In this document: positions 31,592 to 45,302 of the stretch, piece by piece
Numbering within the stretch: the stretch's first letter is position 1
Layout of the letters: each line of letters starts with the position of its first letter
Source: the human T2T-CHM13v2.0 reference genome, Homo sapiens
Strand: one strand, 5' to 3'
NCBI RefSeq assembly: GCF_009914755.1
Contig: NC_060928.1
Length of the DNA stretch: 64,000 nt
The notes under the pieces: model-generated
What the model was told of the DNA's origin: nothing
What the model saw: only the letters and a program-made list of their open reading frames with translations
Database searches by the model: none
Program-made: the position numbers and the translations under genes

Positions 31592-31695
31592 TTACCTGCG
31601 CAAGCTTCTCTGAGCTTCTTTCAGTAAACTATCAAAATCCAGAGAGTCATACTTGCTCTTGGTGGAAGCAGGGTCAAAGTCATCTGAGTTTGAAT
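31592..31695 (-). CDS. PPARGC1A: PPARGC1A exon 13 coding part (104 nt; SNSDDFDPASTKSKYDSLDFDSLLKEAQRSLRR*)
   Basis: gttttttttcag|ATTCAAAC...CGCAGGTAA; contains the DFDSLLKEA C-terminal motif. Confidence 0.97.
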
Positions 31696-33617
31696 CTGAA
31701 AAAAAACACAAGCCAGTTTAGATACACACTTTGCTGATGGCCATTAACTCAATCATTCCAATTCAAGATTACTGGATTCGATAACAACTCTTCCAATCAA
31801 TATACTTTAGAAAACAATAGTCAGATTTTATTGGATATATATGGATATATAGGAAGAGGATGGGGAGTAGTGAGCTTTCAAAAACACGCACCTGTTGACT
31901 CGTTTAGGCTTAAACACCCTGGGAGTTAGGCAGAGCACACGTTAATATATCTCTGGCAGATAACCACCCTCCCCTTCCCCCGACACGTCAAATGACTTGC
32001 CCATGGTTCCTCAATAACTTAGATGTAGACGTGAGAGTACAAGCTGGAACTAATTTTCCTATTCAATGGGATTAATTTAATTGAGCATAAAATCCAGTAG
32101 AGTATGAGAGAAAGAATCATGAGAATTTCCCCTAAACTTCAACCTGATGCTTCTCTTTGAGGCAGGAGGGGACATATGATGTGGTCCTCTACTTCCGTAC
32201 CTCTTGGCCTCCCAGAATTTTTGGTGCAAATTCTCCCCAAATTGGAAGGTTGAGAGAAATGCTTCACATCCCAGGAGAGTAAATTCGGAAAGAAGAAATA
32301 AAGTGCAGGTATAAATAAAGCCATGCCCTTCTTGGACTCTTAAACTAGTCCAAGTAAGCTTTTGAGCAGTTTCACTGCTACTTCAAATAGACCTTAACAA
32401 AATAGATATGTTTTAGCAATATAGAAAGCAAAGTAAAATTCTGTTAAATATTCCTGGTTTTTCTCCATTGACTTCTATGAAAAAGCTAGATATTTCTGCT
32501 GGTCTTGCAAGTAACAAAGGGGGGCTTGGAAATATAATAAAAAGCCTCTTATAAATACGTTAATTCTTTTGAAAACATTTATTTGAAGGAAAACAAAACC
32601 ATTCTGGAAAACTAACAATTCTACCAAAATACAAGAATTCCCATGCTTTTTCCCAGAGTAAATTACAAAATCGAAATGGTCAAAGTAATAGAAGGATATA
32701 ATACTAGATACTACAGAGGCATAATCGTTGACCTAAAATGTTGTTTTGCTGACAAGATTGCAAACCAAGCTCTCTAGCTCCGGCCTGACCATCCCATTTC
32801 CAAAGTTTCAATCTACCTTTACATACCTAGATTTAAAGACAAAGAAATGTCTTTATTTATGTTTTCCTTTCATTCTGATCACCTTTGGTCTTTACTGAGT
32901 TTTTTTCAGCAAGTTTTTTAAGGTAAGAGCAACGAGAACAATTACAGTCTCAATCATAAAAAACGGAGACAAAACTGGCCAATCTTTCCTCAATAGCATC
33001 TTAAATAGTCAATTCTTAAATTACACTGGCTTCAACGCTTCTCTTCATAGGCTAATGAATGGTTTTCTTGTATTGCTAAGGCCTCACAAACAACTGCTGT
33101 TCAAATCAAAATCTTTTTTGTAGAGACAAAAAAAAAAATGTCTAGCTCATTGCTAGAGATTAGTCTGAAATCAGAATTCCACTTGCATTGTAGATCAAGA
33201 GGGAAGATTCCCCCAGTGATGGAGTCTGTGTGATAAAAGTCAGCCTGGAACCATCAGGGACATACACACATACCTTTCCTTGAGGAACTCTTTGAGAATA
33301 TTTTAAATTTCCTTACTTTGCAATATTCTAAGCAAACTCTAGAATTTCAGTGTTTCTGTATTTTATTAGCAAATATTTAAAAAAATTGTGAAATAGTAGT
33401 TCTCAAGAGTTTCTTCACTGTGAAATATAGTGTTCACATATATACCCACTTATACAGGCACACTGTTACTCAGAAAACAACCAAAAATATTTTTTGTTGC
33501 ATGAGATAGAATGTGGTTACATTTAATTTCTGAGGCAATAACATCTACTCCACCAATTTCTCTCCCGCTAATGAAAGGATATTGGAGCACAGTAAGATAT
33601 AATAAAAATGTTATAGG

Positions 33618-34020
33618 TGTCAGGCCTCTGAGCCCAAGCTAAGCCATCATATCCTCTGTGACCTGCACGTACACATCCAGATGGCCGGTTCCTGCCTTAA
33701 CTGATGACATTCCACAACGAAAGAAGTGAAAATGGCCTGTTCCTGCCTTAACTGATGACATTGTCTTGTGAAATTCCTTCTCCTGGCTCATCCTGGCTCA
33801 AAAGCTCCCCAACTGGGTACCTTGTGACCCCCACTCCTGCCCACCAGAGAACAACCCCCCTTTTTCCTTTACCTACCCAAATCTTATACAACGGCCCCAC
33901 CCCATCTCCCTTCTCTGACTCTCTTTTCAGACTCAGCCCGCCTGCACCCAGGTGAAATAAACAGCTTTACTGCTCACACAAAGCCTGTTTGGTGGTCTCT
34001 TCACATGGACACGCATGAAA
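33618..34020 (+). mobile_element. Solo LTR7 (HERV-H LTR) in PPARGC1A intron 12, antisense to the gene
   Basis: Starts tgtcaggcctctgagcccaagctaagcc, ends gcatgaaa; U3 direct repeat gttcctgccttaactgatgacatt x2; AATAAA near 33956; near-TSD atagg/atagt. Confidence 0.95.
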
Positions 34021-35089
34021 ATAGTAATAACTCAAGCCACTCTAATTTTTCAAAATAAATTGTTAGAAATAATGATACTGTATTATTTGAAACAAATCAC
34101 ATCACACTTATATTCCCAGCACCTGGAAAACTGTTGGCACAAAGGAGGCACTCAAATTAATATTTGTTGAAGGAATATACTAATCTCAAACACCAAAATA
34201 TTATTAAAACCATGGTTGAAAATATTTATATTGGGATGTGGGAACGATTTATCAATGAATGGCAAAGAAATACATAAAGTTACGTGTATAATCAAGAATA
34301 CTGATAATACAATACATTCATTTCAGTTAATGAATAATTTATAATGTATGTGTCATTTATTTTTTTAAATGTTTAAGTTATGTAACATAACTAATTCCTA
34401 ATCAAAACTATTACATTCATAATACTGACCCATCTTTCTGTTTGGATCCTGTAGTCCTACTTTAATTTCTCTTGGTCTTTCCCCTCTGATTTTTTTTCGT
34501 TGAGGTCTTTAGAAAGATCCATTTGCTTATAAGACAGTAAATAGAAAGACACACAGACTACTGATTCATGGCAACTAGAACTTAAATCTGGGCTTCACTG
34601 TTTTAACCTTGATCAAGTCATTTTAATCTCTCACTCTCATTTATAATACTGGGTCATAAATAGTAGCTGAAATCGTTATGTTTTGCTCTAACAATATTGT
34701 AGTCACCATTATCTAGTTTCAGTAGTAGAGAAATAGGATGTATAAGCTAACTTAATTTGGGGGAGCAAGTAAACAGAAAGAAAATTGGTTAAATCTATCT
34801 AGAATGATAAGTAACTTTCCTGTCTTGGTAAAACTAATCTGTGTCACATCATTTTTGCTTTACTATTGTGACATATGTGTATGCTCCTAACCCCTGAGTC
34901 CAGTATATTCTTATGCCCTGAAATGTGCATGAACACTGAATATGGTGAGCACAAGAATATTTGAATTCTTCAGGGAACAAAGACAAGACACAGGAAAAAT
35001 GTTTTGAGTTCCAAAGCTGATTCCTAGAGTCGATTCTTCCATTTTAAAACGACTTTACACTTCTAACTTCTCATTCCCATCATTTTAAA

Positions 35090-35310
35090 TTATAACCATA
35101 GCCACTATTTATTGAGCACCTATGTTATGCCAGACACGTGCTAATAGCATCACAAACATTTATTTAATCTTCACAATAACACTATATGGTATTTTACAAA
35201 TGAAGAAGCAGAACTGAAGGGGTTGAATTCTTTGCCCAACGGCAGTGGTAAGTCAGATTTCAATCCCAGGTCTGCGGGATTCCAAAGCCTGGCCTCTTCA
35301 GACTATACAA
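35090..35310 (-). mobile_element. MIR
   Basis: tttattgagcacctatg...ttttacaaatgaagaa...ttccaaagcc. Confidence 0.75.
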
Positions 35311-36079
35311 TGATGGAGCTCAGAAAAAAACTACCTTTGTGCCATCGTACAGCTTGAGGGAATTGGAAAAATCCATCCTACTACAATGCACATCAAACAT
35401 ACTTTTCAGAAAATACAGAGCGAGCTTAGCAATGGCAAAGTTTCTATTGCTGCCGGCTAGGCAGGGAGATAACGAGAGAGGAAGCATCCTTCTTAGAAAT
35501 ATTTCAAGGAGGCTCCAGTTCAATTTGGAAATACCATCCAATCCTCCCTCTCTACCAGTGATGAATCGTGATCTAAAGGCCCCTCTAGGTAGCTTATTTT
35601 AAACTCTAGATGTTTTGAGAGACTAGAAACACCCTGGCCTTCATCACTGAAGAAAATAAGTCAAATCAACTCAAGACTTCAATCCGTCTTGACTGTTTTT
35701 ATCAGCCAACATTTGAACAAATGACTTGCCACATTCTATATTTTCATCCCTAGCCTGCTATCTCTCTAACAGTCAGCTGCCTCTCCACTGCTTCCTACTA
35801 TCTATTTAGCTTGTGGAGTGAATTATAGCATATTCCCTGTGAACAATGCACATCACCTGTATCAATTACTCTAGGAAGACATCCCTTCGTTGGACAGAAG
35901 AAAAAAAATCCCTGTATTTGTATTTGTTTCCTTCTTTTTACCAACCCAGAGAAAGTGCATATAGATATCTAATAATGATGAGGACTAGATTTATATGTTA
36001 ATTTCATGATAAATATTACAAATAAATTTAATATAATTATGTCATATGCACAAGACACTTGTCACTTTCCTTCCTCAAA

Positions 36080-36720
36080 GAATTTAAAGGCTTACTATGC
36101 ACACATTAGATGGGGAATGACATGCAAAGGAACAAAATTAAAATTGGAAAGGAAATTAAGATGTCCATTTTAGCATTATTTATAATATTGAAAAATTAAA
36201 AATTAAATGTTTGGCTATAATGTAATGACTAAATATAATGGTACTATTCACTCAGCAAAATACTGTACAACCATTAAAGTATGTTAATAAATTATTTTTA
36301 ATCTTGTGAGTCACAGCAGAACACGAATTTATATATTAATTGAGAAAAGTAGAATTTGGAAGTTTATATATATATAAATAAATATATATATAAATTCAAC
36401 TGTAAGAAATTAGACATGCTGAGACAAAATACTGGAAGGCAAATCACTTCGTTGGTAATAGTGGTTATTCCTGGATGACAGGCTGATACATGATTTTAAT
36501 TTTTTTCTTAATACCTTTTTATATTTACCATATTTTACCCCTTGAGTCTGTACAGCTTTTATAACAGGAAAAATTAATATTATGTATGCTTCAGTTTCCT
36601 TATCTGTAAAATGGGGATGATAGTAATAATATACACCTCCTAGGATAGTTCTAGTAATTAAATGGAAAATGCTTTCAAAGCTCCTGGCACAGTGTCTGGC
36701 ATATGGAAGCACTCAACAAA
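36080..36720 (+). mobile_element. Old L1ME fragment followed by a MIR (~36590-36720)
   Basis: cattatttataat...aaatactgtacaaccattaaa L1ME motifs; cagtttccttatctgtaaaatgggg MIR core. Confidence 0.55.
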
Positions 36721-36956
36721 TAACAGGTGTTTCTTTCTTTTTTTTTTTTTTTTTAAAGAAAGCAGAGTGTGATTTAGTATATGAAATTTAATTTTCTTCT
36801 CTCTTAGTTGTAGTTCATAGAAAATGATGATATTTCTAAGTGTCTGTGAAATAATAAGAGAAAATGAGACTTGCATATTCTGTTCCATAAAACAATGATG
36901 GCAATGCTATGGTTCGTGAAAGGATTCAGGGTAGGCCTGGAAGGCAAAATCAGGTT

Positions 36957-37260
36957 ACAAACACACACACACACACACACACATGAATCATAAACACATG
37001 TAGACACATACAATACCTGCATACATACACACACAAAGACACATGATAGCCACACACATCTGCATAACACACGCACACACAAAGCACAATACTACACACA
37101 TACATGTTTAATATTCACACAACACACACAGACACACACAATATCCACAGAGATACACACAATACATGCACTCACAAAATATAAAGCTGCATGCACACAC
37201 AACACACATACAGAAATCATGAACACATGTGGAAACACACAATATCCACATACATACCTA
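36957..37260. repeat. Degenerate (CA)n-rich tract, ~300 bp (UG-rich in the pre-mRNA), 240 nt downstream of the exon 12 donor
   Basis: Directly visible. Confidence 0.9.
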
Positions 37261-37499
37261 CCACAATTTTCAGCACCTGAGTAGATAGTACAAAGAATTT
37301 ACTTCTGTCCTTTCTTGCCAAAACCTAGGCCCCTTTCTTCTGAAACTGTCTTATACGTTTTTCTTAAAAATCTGTATTCAAACATTCCCTTTAGTAAAAT
37401 AAAGTGATGGTTCAACCCAAGGTGCCTACGGATTATGTTTGTTCCCATCTTGAGCTCTACATTATGGATTCCTCATTCCACGTACAATAAAATCCATAC

Positions 37500-37651
37500 C
37501 TAGGTCTGCATAGTTAGACTTGAAAAATTGCTTGCGTCCACAAAAGTACAGCTCAAAGTCAGTTTCGTTTGACCTGCGCAAAGTGTATCCATTTTCAAGA
37601 GCAGCAAAAGCATCACAGGTATAACGGTAGGTAATGAAACCATAGCTGTCT
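37500..37651 (-). CDS. PPARGC1A: PPARGC1A exon 12 (152 nt; C-terminal half of RRM, DSYGFITYRYTCDAFAALENG...SNYADL)
   Basis: gttgcag|AGACAGC...CCTAG|gtatgg; RNP1-like SYGFITY. Confidence 0.97.
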
Positions 37652-37993
37652 CTGCAACGGACAAAGAAAAGTTCAAAGCTGGTTAAGAAGTATTAGTATA
37701 TGGGACTGTAACCCTTTCTACTTTGTGAGACTTCTCCAGTGCCAACGTCTGAGCCACTGAATCCATTTATCAGTGTGATTGTCCTGTCAAGCAGCTAAAT
37801 ACTTATTTCTGGGACAGGAAATCTCAACTAGAAAGATTAATAAACAGGGATGAAAGAAAATAAATAAGGTTCTGAACTCAACATGTCATCTGTCAAAGCA
37901 CTTACATTGGCAACTCCCATCCCAGTAATCTTATGGCCATAATTTTTTACATACGTCAGCTTCTAAACAAGAAATAATCTTGAAGATTCTCAC

Positions 37994-38115
37994 CCATCAT
38001 CCCGCAGATTTACTGTGCACTCCTCAATTTCACCAAAAACTTCAAAACGGTCCCTCAGTTCTGTCCGTGTTGTGTCAGGTCTGATTTTACCGACATAAAT
38101 CACACGGCGCTCTTC
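37994..38115 (-). CDS. PPARGC1A: PPARGC1A exon 11 (122 nt; N-terminal half of RRM, EERRVIYVGKIRPDTTRTELRDRFEVFGEIEECTVNLRDD)
   Basis: ccttcccccatag|GAAGAG...GATGG|gtgaga; RNP2-like IYVGKI. Confidence 0.97.
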
Positions 38116-38167
38116 CTATGGGGGGAAGGAAGGAGAGAGTTCTGGAGTGGGAAAAAAGCTAGCCCTC

Positions 38168-38471
38168 GGCCGGGCACAGTGGCTCACACCTGTAATCCCA
38201 GCACTTTGGGAGGCCGAGGCAGGTGGATCATGAGGTCAGGAGTTCAATACCAGCCTGGGCAAGATGGTGAAACCCCATCTCTACTAAAAATACAAAAATT
38301 GGCCAGGTGTGGTGGTGGGCACCTGCAATCCCAGCTACTCAGGAGGCTGACGCAGAGAATTGCTTGAACCCGGGAGGCAGAGGTTGCAGTGAGCTGAGAT
38401 TGTGCCACTGCACTTCAGCATGGGCGAGAGAGCGAGACTCCATCTCAAAAAAAAAAAAAAAAAAAAAAAAA
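38168..38471 (+). mobile_element. AluS with TSD aaaaaagcta(g/a)ccctc, 52 nt upstream of the exon 11 acceptor
   Basis: Full-length Alu with poly(A) and flanking direct repeat. Confidence 0.95.
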
Positions 38472-38897
38472 GCTAACCCTCTAGAAACATTCATAAATGT
38501 ACAATCATGCATAAGAAACCCCACTGAGCATGGCAATTAGAGCAAAACATACACTACAATGGAAGGAAAGACTACATTTGAACCAAGTATTAATTCCCAT
38601 TTCTTCAGTATCAATCTCTTCTTGCTCACATAGATTCTTCTCTTCACCTCTACTCTTTTCTACCTTTCCTATCTGTCTCTGTTCTACTCTCAGATGAACT
38701 TGATGTGTTAGAAAAGAAATCTGTATAGTGCATTCTTTTTTCAAATCATGGAACAATACCTATTAAATATTTGAACATTTGTGACTTGATTATGAATCAA
38801 AATTGTTATGAAACTGACCTGGCTTACAAAACTATTACATTTCTCATTAACTCAGAATTCTAATACTGAGATGAACAAACTCTGACGTCCTCAAAAG

Positions 38898-39085
38898 AGT
38901 GGTTCTTAAACTCTACTATACATAAAAATTACTTGGGGTGCTGATTAAAAATGCAAATGATTGGGCTTTATCTAGTTGTACTAAAAAAAAATGTAAGATA
39001 AGGTTCTACAACCTTCATTTTTAACAAGCACACCTCAGCTATTTTGATGCAGGTGGTCCAAAGACAATAATTTAAGAAATACAGT
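38898..39085. mobile_element. MER5-type hAT-Charlie fossil
   Basis: gtggttcttaaact...ttttaacaagc...gatgcaggtggtcca. Confidence 0.65.
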
Positions 39086-39849
39086 CTTAAAATGTAGGCC
39101 ATTTTAAGCCATGAGTCTCCGAAGAATAAGAGCTAAATAAAAGAGGCTATAAATTTCACTTTGCCAATAAATCTAGTCTTATTTTAGGAACAGACTAGAG
39201 GGGTGTGGCCTAATTTTCACAAGTGGAGTCAATATCATCATAGTCTGAAAGTCATCAGTAATTTATAACCTACAAAATACAGGAATAATATTTTATAGCC
39301 TGAGGATAAATTCTTTTTTTACAGCACAGAAATGCATTCTTAGTGTAAGAAGCAATCCTATACCTCTTGTTCCAAGAAGATAAGGCCAAAAGTTATGATG
39401 TCTCTCAAAGTTTTAAGAACATAAGGAGTTAATATAAAGAATGTGCTCACCAACTAGTTTGTATGTATACTAAGGACAAACAATGATAAAATGAATTTAA
39501 GGTTGCAGAGATTTAAGCTAGGTTGAAGCAAAGACTAGAAGCAGAGAACTGAGGTACAGACTTAGCTTGCCCAAGAGTTTTCTTTGGATGTACTGAGAGT
39601 CCCTGGTCTTGGGTGATGAAAAGAGTAATTTGGACTGAAAGCAAAAAGATGCCCTTTCTTATTTACTGAATGGTTTTCCTTTTCTTATGCCCAGTATTTG
39701 GCCAAGAATCTGGTAAGGAGTAGGCACCCGACAAGCATTTGTGAAATGTAACTGAACAATTTGCAGACCCTTTATCTTCCTGGATGATAAGCTTACCAAT
39801 GTCTGGTCTTATTCTACCACATGTAACATGCTCGCCTCTATTTTTTATT

Positions 39850-40870
39850 AGGAAAGTAAGTTCATCTGAGCCTCAGGTGCAAATAATCAACTGTCTACTT
39901 GACATCTCAGGTTGGTTGTGCCTGAGGAACCTCACACTACACCAACATTACCGAAGCCCGACCCTCCAGCCTTGCCCTCTCCCCATTTGGTTCTTTCCCA
40001 ATGTTCTTGTATTAGTGAAATGAACACCATCTAGCCAGTTATTTAGGACAGAAATTTAACTACCTCCCTTTACTCCTTTCTCTTGTTCCTCTCCACATGT
40101 CTAACCACTCAAGTCCTATTAATTTTTATCCCCTAAATCTCTCTGTAATCTATTTTCTTTATTCCATTGTCCTAAGCCAAGCCTCCAGCTTCTCTTTCTG
40201 GACTAGTATAACAAACAATCTCCTAACTTGGATCTGTGTCCATGTTTATTCTTCTCCAATCTATTCTTCCATTGTTGTTAGGATAGTCTTTGCTAAGGAA
40301 ACAGGAATCCAATGACGTCCATTAACTTCTAAAATATTCCAATGGCTTCTCATAACTTTTAATGAAAGACCTAAATCATTAACAAGACCTACAAGGCCCT
40401 GTATGGTCTGGGCCTGTTGTCATCATGGGCTTTATCTCTTATATCGCATTCTTTCTGTGACTCTCTTTTCCAGCCACACTGAGCTTCTATTAGTCTAGTA
40501 TATACTGTGCACCTTCCTTCCCAAAGCCTTTGCACATGCTCTTTCCCTGCTACTGGGACACCCTATTCACACTGCACCACTCCCAAGCCTCTCACATACA
40601 CACACTGTCTACAACAACCTTAAGCTCAACAATCACATTTTTTCTGAGACTTGCAGTGAGGTCAGAATTCCTATTAGTTGCTCTTATGGAAAACTCTCCT
40701 TTCCAATTGTAATTAATAGTTTATCTACTGTTTAATGTCCACTTCCCCAGGATAATAAAAGCTTCATGACAGTAGAGACCATATCTGTTCTATTCACTAC
40801 TGTATTTTAAACAAAGCATCAAAACATAACAGACTATCAATGAATATCTGCTATAAAATCAATCAGTTAC
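39850..40870 (+). mobile_element. L2 LINE 3' portion
   Basis: ctgtctacttgacatctc, ttccaatggcttc, cctacaaggccctg, cctttgcacatgct motifs. Confidence 0.7.
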
Positions 40871-43329
40871 TAATCAATTAATCATCTTGAACACTTATCC
40901 CATTCCCTTCATTACATCAAAGATGCCTAAGAGTGGTCCTTCTTCTCTGAGACTCTCCAATACAAAGGAGAAGGGAAGTTAGATTTGGTGTTTTATCACA
41001 GAAAAAAAAAAAAACCTTGCTCAAGTAGCTCAGCTGAGTGAAGAAACAAAGATTTCCATAATTTGTTTTTACAGATTTAAGTGTAAGAAGTAGCTACATG
41101 TTTGCAGGAATCTCACTCATAAAAATCACCTCTGAAAATCAAAGGTAGGAGATAACAAACAGTTGGTAAAACAGAACTCTACGAACAATAGCATTGAGAC
41201 TAAATAAATGACCAGATGAAGCAGAGTAACCAGTGCAGGCTGCCTGACGCCCTTCCATGTAGATTGTATGTCTCAATTGAAGGCTGTGATTGTGCCACTT
41301 CAGAGCACCGAGCACATCCTGGCAGTCAGAAAGTAGAAATGGATGAAGAGGCACATCCCAGACCATCGATACACACTTGAGCAAGGGAATCATAACACCA
41401 CATTCCATTCTGTTTATGCAGCCAGCTCTAGTCAAACAGCCAAATGTGATGGGACTGCTATCTAAACTTAAATTTCCTGGCGCCTGCTTTCACGGGTGTT
41501 AAGGAATTTTTTTTTAATGAGCCTTTTAGAAAAGTTACTACTGTATAGAGAGGAGGGGGAAGTGCAGAAGTGAGAGAAAGAAATTGAGACATTGCAAAGA
41601 AATTGCTCAACTACCATTATGGGAATAAACACAGCCTATGTATTCAAGGAAATTTGAAGTTAAAGCGAAAATCGACCATATGTATGCCCATATGCAGACA
41701 TACTGGGACAGTCTCTGAATTGCAGCTTTATACGAAGTTGTATGCAACAACGATCCCATACAAAATATAAACCAGAGGACCTTTTATAATGGATACTGAT
41801 ACATTCTACAGTAAAAAGAAGATATAACCTAGAGGGGAGAAACAGGAAACCGAAGGGGTGTTCCACAATTACTTGAATTACCTATTTTTCTACCATCTCT
41901 TTTTATGAAACACAGGAATGGGGCCATGCCTCACTACCTTACAAAGATCAGAGATTGAATACATGTTGAAAGGCTTATTTGAGAAAATTATTGAAGTGCT
42001 TGATTTTCCTACTGCTAAAAATGAAAATAAAAGGCATCCAAATGCCTAGAAAGCAAAGACAAAAATCTTTCTAAGATTGGCCAAAATGTCTAGCAAAGAA
42101 CTGATTCTTTTAAACATGTTGCAGTTGTATTAGACAGATGAATAGATTTCATATCTTTAAAAAAGCTTAACATTTGCAGCCAATTTTTCAAGACATTAAT
42201 TTCTAAACAGGAGATGAAAGGAAAAGAAATCAAAATGCTTAATGACATTTTCAACTTCTTAAAGGCTTGGAGGAACTCTAAACCTTTGGAAACAGCTCCT
42301 CGAAAAATGATTTTCGGACCAGTTTTCACTATTGAGGAGGATGGTACATTTATCAAATAACTTTTAGCTTCAGTTTTCATAAAAGCTAGTACGCTGATGG
42401 GGTGGATAATAAAATTGAAGACTTACATTGCATTAACATCTATAGTAAATCCTCACTACACCAAAACGTGGGGGATAAATAAAGAAACAAGAAACTGACT
42501 GAATTAACTGACTTCACATTACTAAAATCTTTATCAAAAAGAGTCTAGAGCTTCCCAGTTACTGGAGGAAAACATACAGTGGTTGTTTCTCATCAAATAA
42601 ACTACTCCTGATAAAAGGGGTTTGACAAAGAAAAGACAGAAGGTAGTAGAGAGATGAACATTTGTTGAACTCTTAGCTATGCCAAGTACTGCATTTAATG
42701 CTTTTAATGGGTGATCTCTCTAAAATGTCCTTTAAGGTAGGTAACAAGGAAGAGCTTGATATAATGTAGATTTCAGCTCTCTACGTTTGCAAGTCAGAAT
42801 AATGTAAAAATCTTTTTTTCTATGCTAAGGAAACTACATATCAACTTTGGCAGTGAAATACTAGTGTTCATTCCTAGATTAGCTGTAACCTGACTGCCTC
42901 AAAAATTGCAAAGATATTATAAATTGAGTGTATGGTGTATTCCAACTAAAAGAAGAGGTGAGTGGAGTGGAGGGTCATGGAAAGGTACAGATAGAAAGAT
43001 ATACCAAGATTCTAAAAAATGCTGAGAAGTGTTTTTCTTTCTTGCCGTTAATATTGATTATCTAACCTAATTCATTAGGTAGTCAATAAATGCCTACTAC
43101 TAGGGGGTGTTCTTAGAGAAAAAACAAAATTGTAGCATTAAATTTGTCCAAAGTGTCCCCCATTCACGTACCGTGTGCTACTATCCCTGCTTAGTGTCTA
43201 AGTCTGGTTAATGTGAATAAGTCCAGGTTAGTCTATTTAAAAGGTAAGATGCAAATAAAAGCTAACATGCAAGTAAACATACTGGTAAGTCAGAAAACAT
43301 GAAAATTATAGAATAAGAGTATGCATAAC

Positions 43330-43640
43330 TACTTTTTAAAAAAGCTTCACTGAAGCATAATTGATATATCAAAAAACTGTACATATTAAACATATACATT
43401 TTGATGGGTTTGGACATATGCCTATATCCTTGATACCATCATCACAATCATGGTACTATATGTATCCATCACCTCCAAAATTTCCTTGTGTTGTGTTTTT
43501 TTCTTTTGTGTGTGTGTGTGTGTGTATGTGTGTGTGTGTGAATAACATGAAATCTATCCTCTCAACATTTTAAAGTGTACAATAGCATAATTAACTATAG
43601 GTACTATGTTGTATAGCAGATCTCTATAATTATTCATCTT
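43330..43640 (-). mobile_element. Old L1M 3'-end fragment with (TG)n
   Basis: ttgatatatcaaaaaactgtacat...gtactatgttgtatagcagatctct. Confidence 0.65.
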
Positions 43641-43747
43641 TCCATAAAACTGAATATTTCTAAATATTGAACTTAGAGTCACAATATAACATATACTCAC
43701 CCACACAAAATATCTCTTTAAAGAGGCTTGCATAGAAAGCTATTTCA

Positions 43748-44068
<321 letters not shown>

Positions 44069-45302
44069 TCATTTGGAAGAAGTTTATAATTATCAGCAGT
44101 ACTACACTGTCCCTGGCTTCTGAGCTGGACACTGACCAACAGAGAAGTGAAGCAGCAGTCATTGCCGCCTGAGCACATCTAGTTTTGGTTTTGAGTGCTG
44201 AGCCATATCACAATGTCTAGATTTGCCCTTTAAATTAACATCCCATTATCATGTTTTCTGGCAGAAAACTGTACAGATTGCAAATGGAGTTGGACTTAGA
44301 ACTCCACAAGAAATTAGAGCAGTGACAGTTTAGACACTAAGTACTAAACTCTGGTTTGCAGAGTCCCAATATAACCTGAATTATTTCAAGCTTACGAGTC
44401 TGAGAAAGGCAGAAAGTGAATTGCTTTTTGAGAAAGAGTCAGGATGGAAATTACAGGAAAGTGCCAACTGAAACAATGGTAACATTCAACCACAATATAA
44501 GATTTTGCATTGGTAATTACTAATTATTAGTGTTCTCTTTGTTTTTGGATTTGGCTCACTCAACTTGGGCTGAATTAGGATTTTAGAAACATAAGCAATG
44601 AAAAGTTTATAGATCTCCTAAAACACCTCCTACTTATGGAACTCAAAATAGAAGTAATGCAGACAAAGGTTAAAAAGATGACTTTAATTTTGTAAAATAA
44701 CAATTATTAAATTTCTGAAGGTTTTTTTTTTCATTGCCTTTTGGAGTCTCTGTTTTTCTGGTTCCCTAAATATATGATTGCTTTGATTAATGAACAACCC
44801 AACACTGACCCCAAGATATCTTAAATGTAATTTGCTTCTTACTCATTACTTTAAGGTTGTTTCAAACATTGAAAGAACATCATGTACCTGACCAACTTAA
44901 GTCTGGACTGTCCTTGTTCCCTTAGCTCTTCTATGTATGAATTTTCAAGCTAATTTTTTCAAATCAGTTAAAAATCATTGCATGTATCCCTGCACTCAAG
45001 TCCATAAAAATATACTTTGGGGATGCATTATGGTACTAGAAAGCTAACTATTTGGAGGAAGGGAATCAATAAAAAAAATTCATGTAGGTAAACTCATTAA
45101 ATAGTTCCATGATGCCTTCAAGATAGCTTTCAAAATCTTTAGCATGAATTATAGGACCCTTTAGGCTATCTTCCACCATTCCCTCTAGACTTATTTCTTG
45201 CCCCTCTTGTGTCTCAGTGTTCCAATTAAACGACTAGTAGTTTCTCAATATACCTTATTCTTTTTTAGAGACTTAGTATAAGCTATAGCCGCTGTCTAAA
45301 AA

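Noticed and set aside
33688-33762. 24-bp direct repeats with a spacer, superficially CRISPR-like
   Set aside because: Only two units, and a normal U3 feature of LTR7 in a eukaryotic genome
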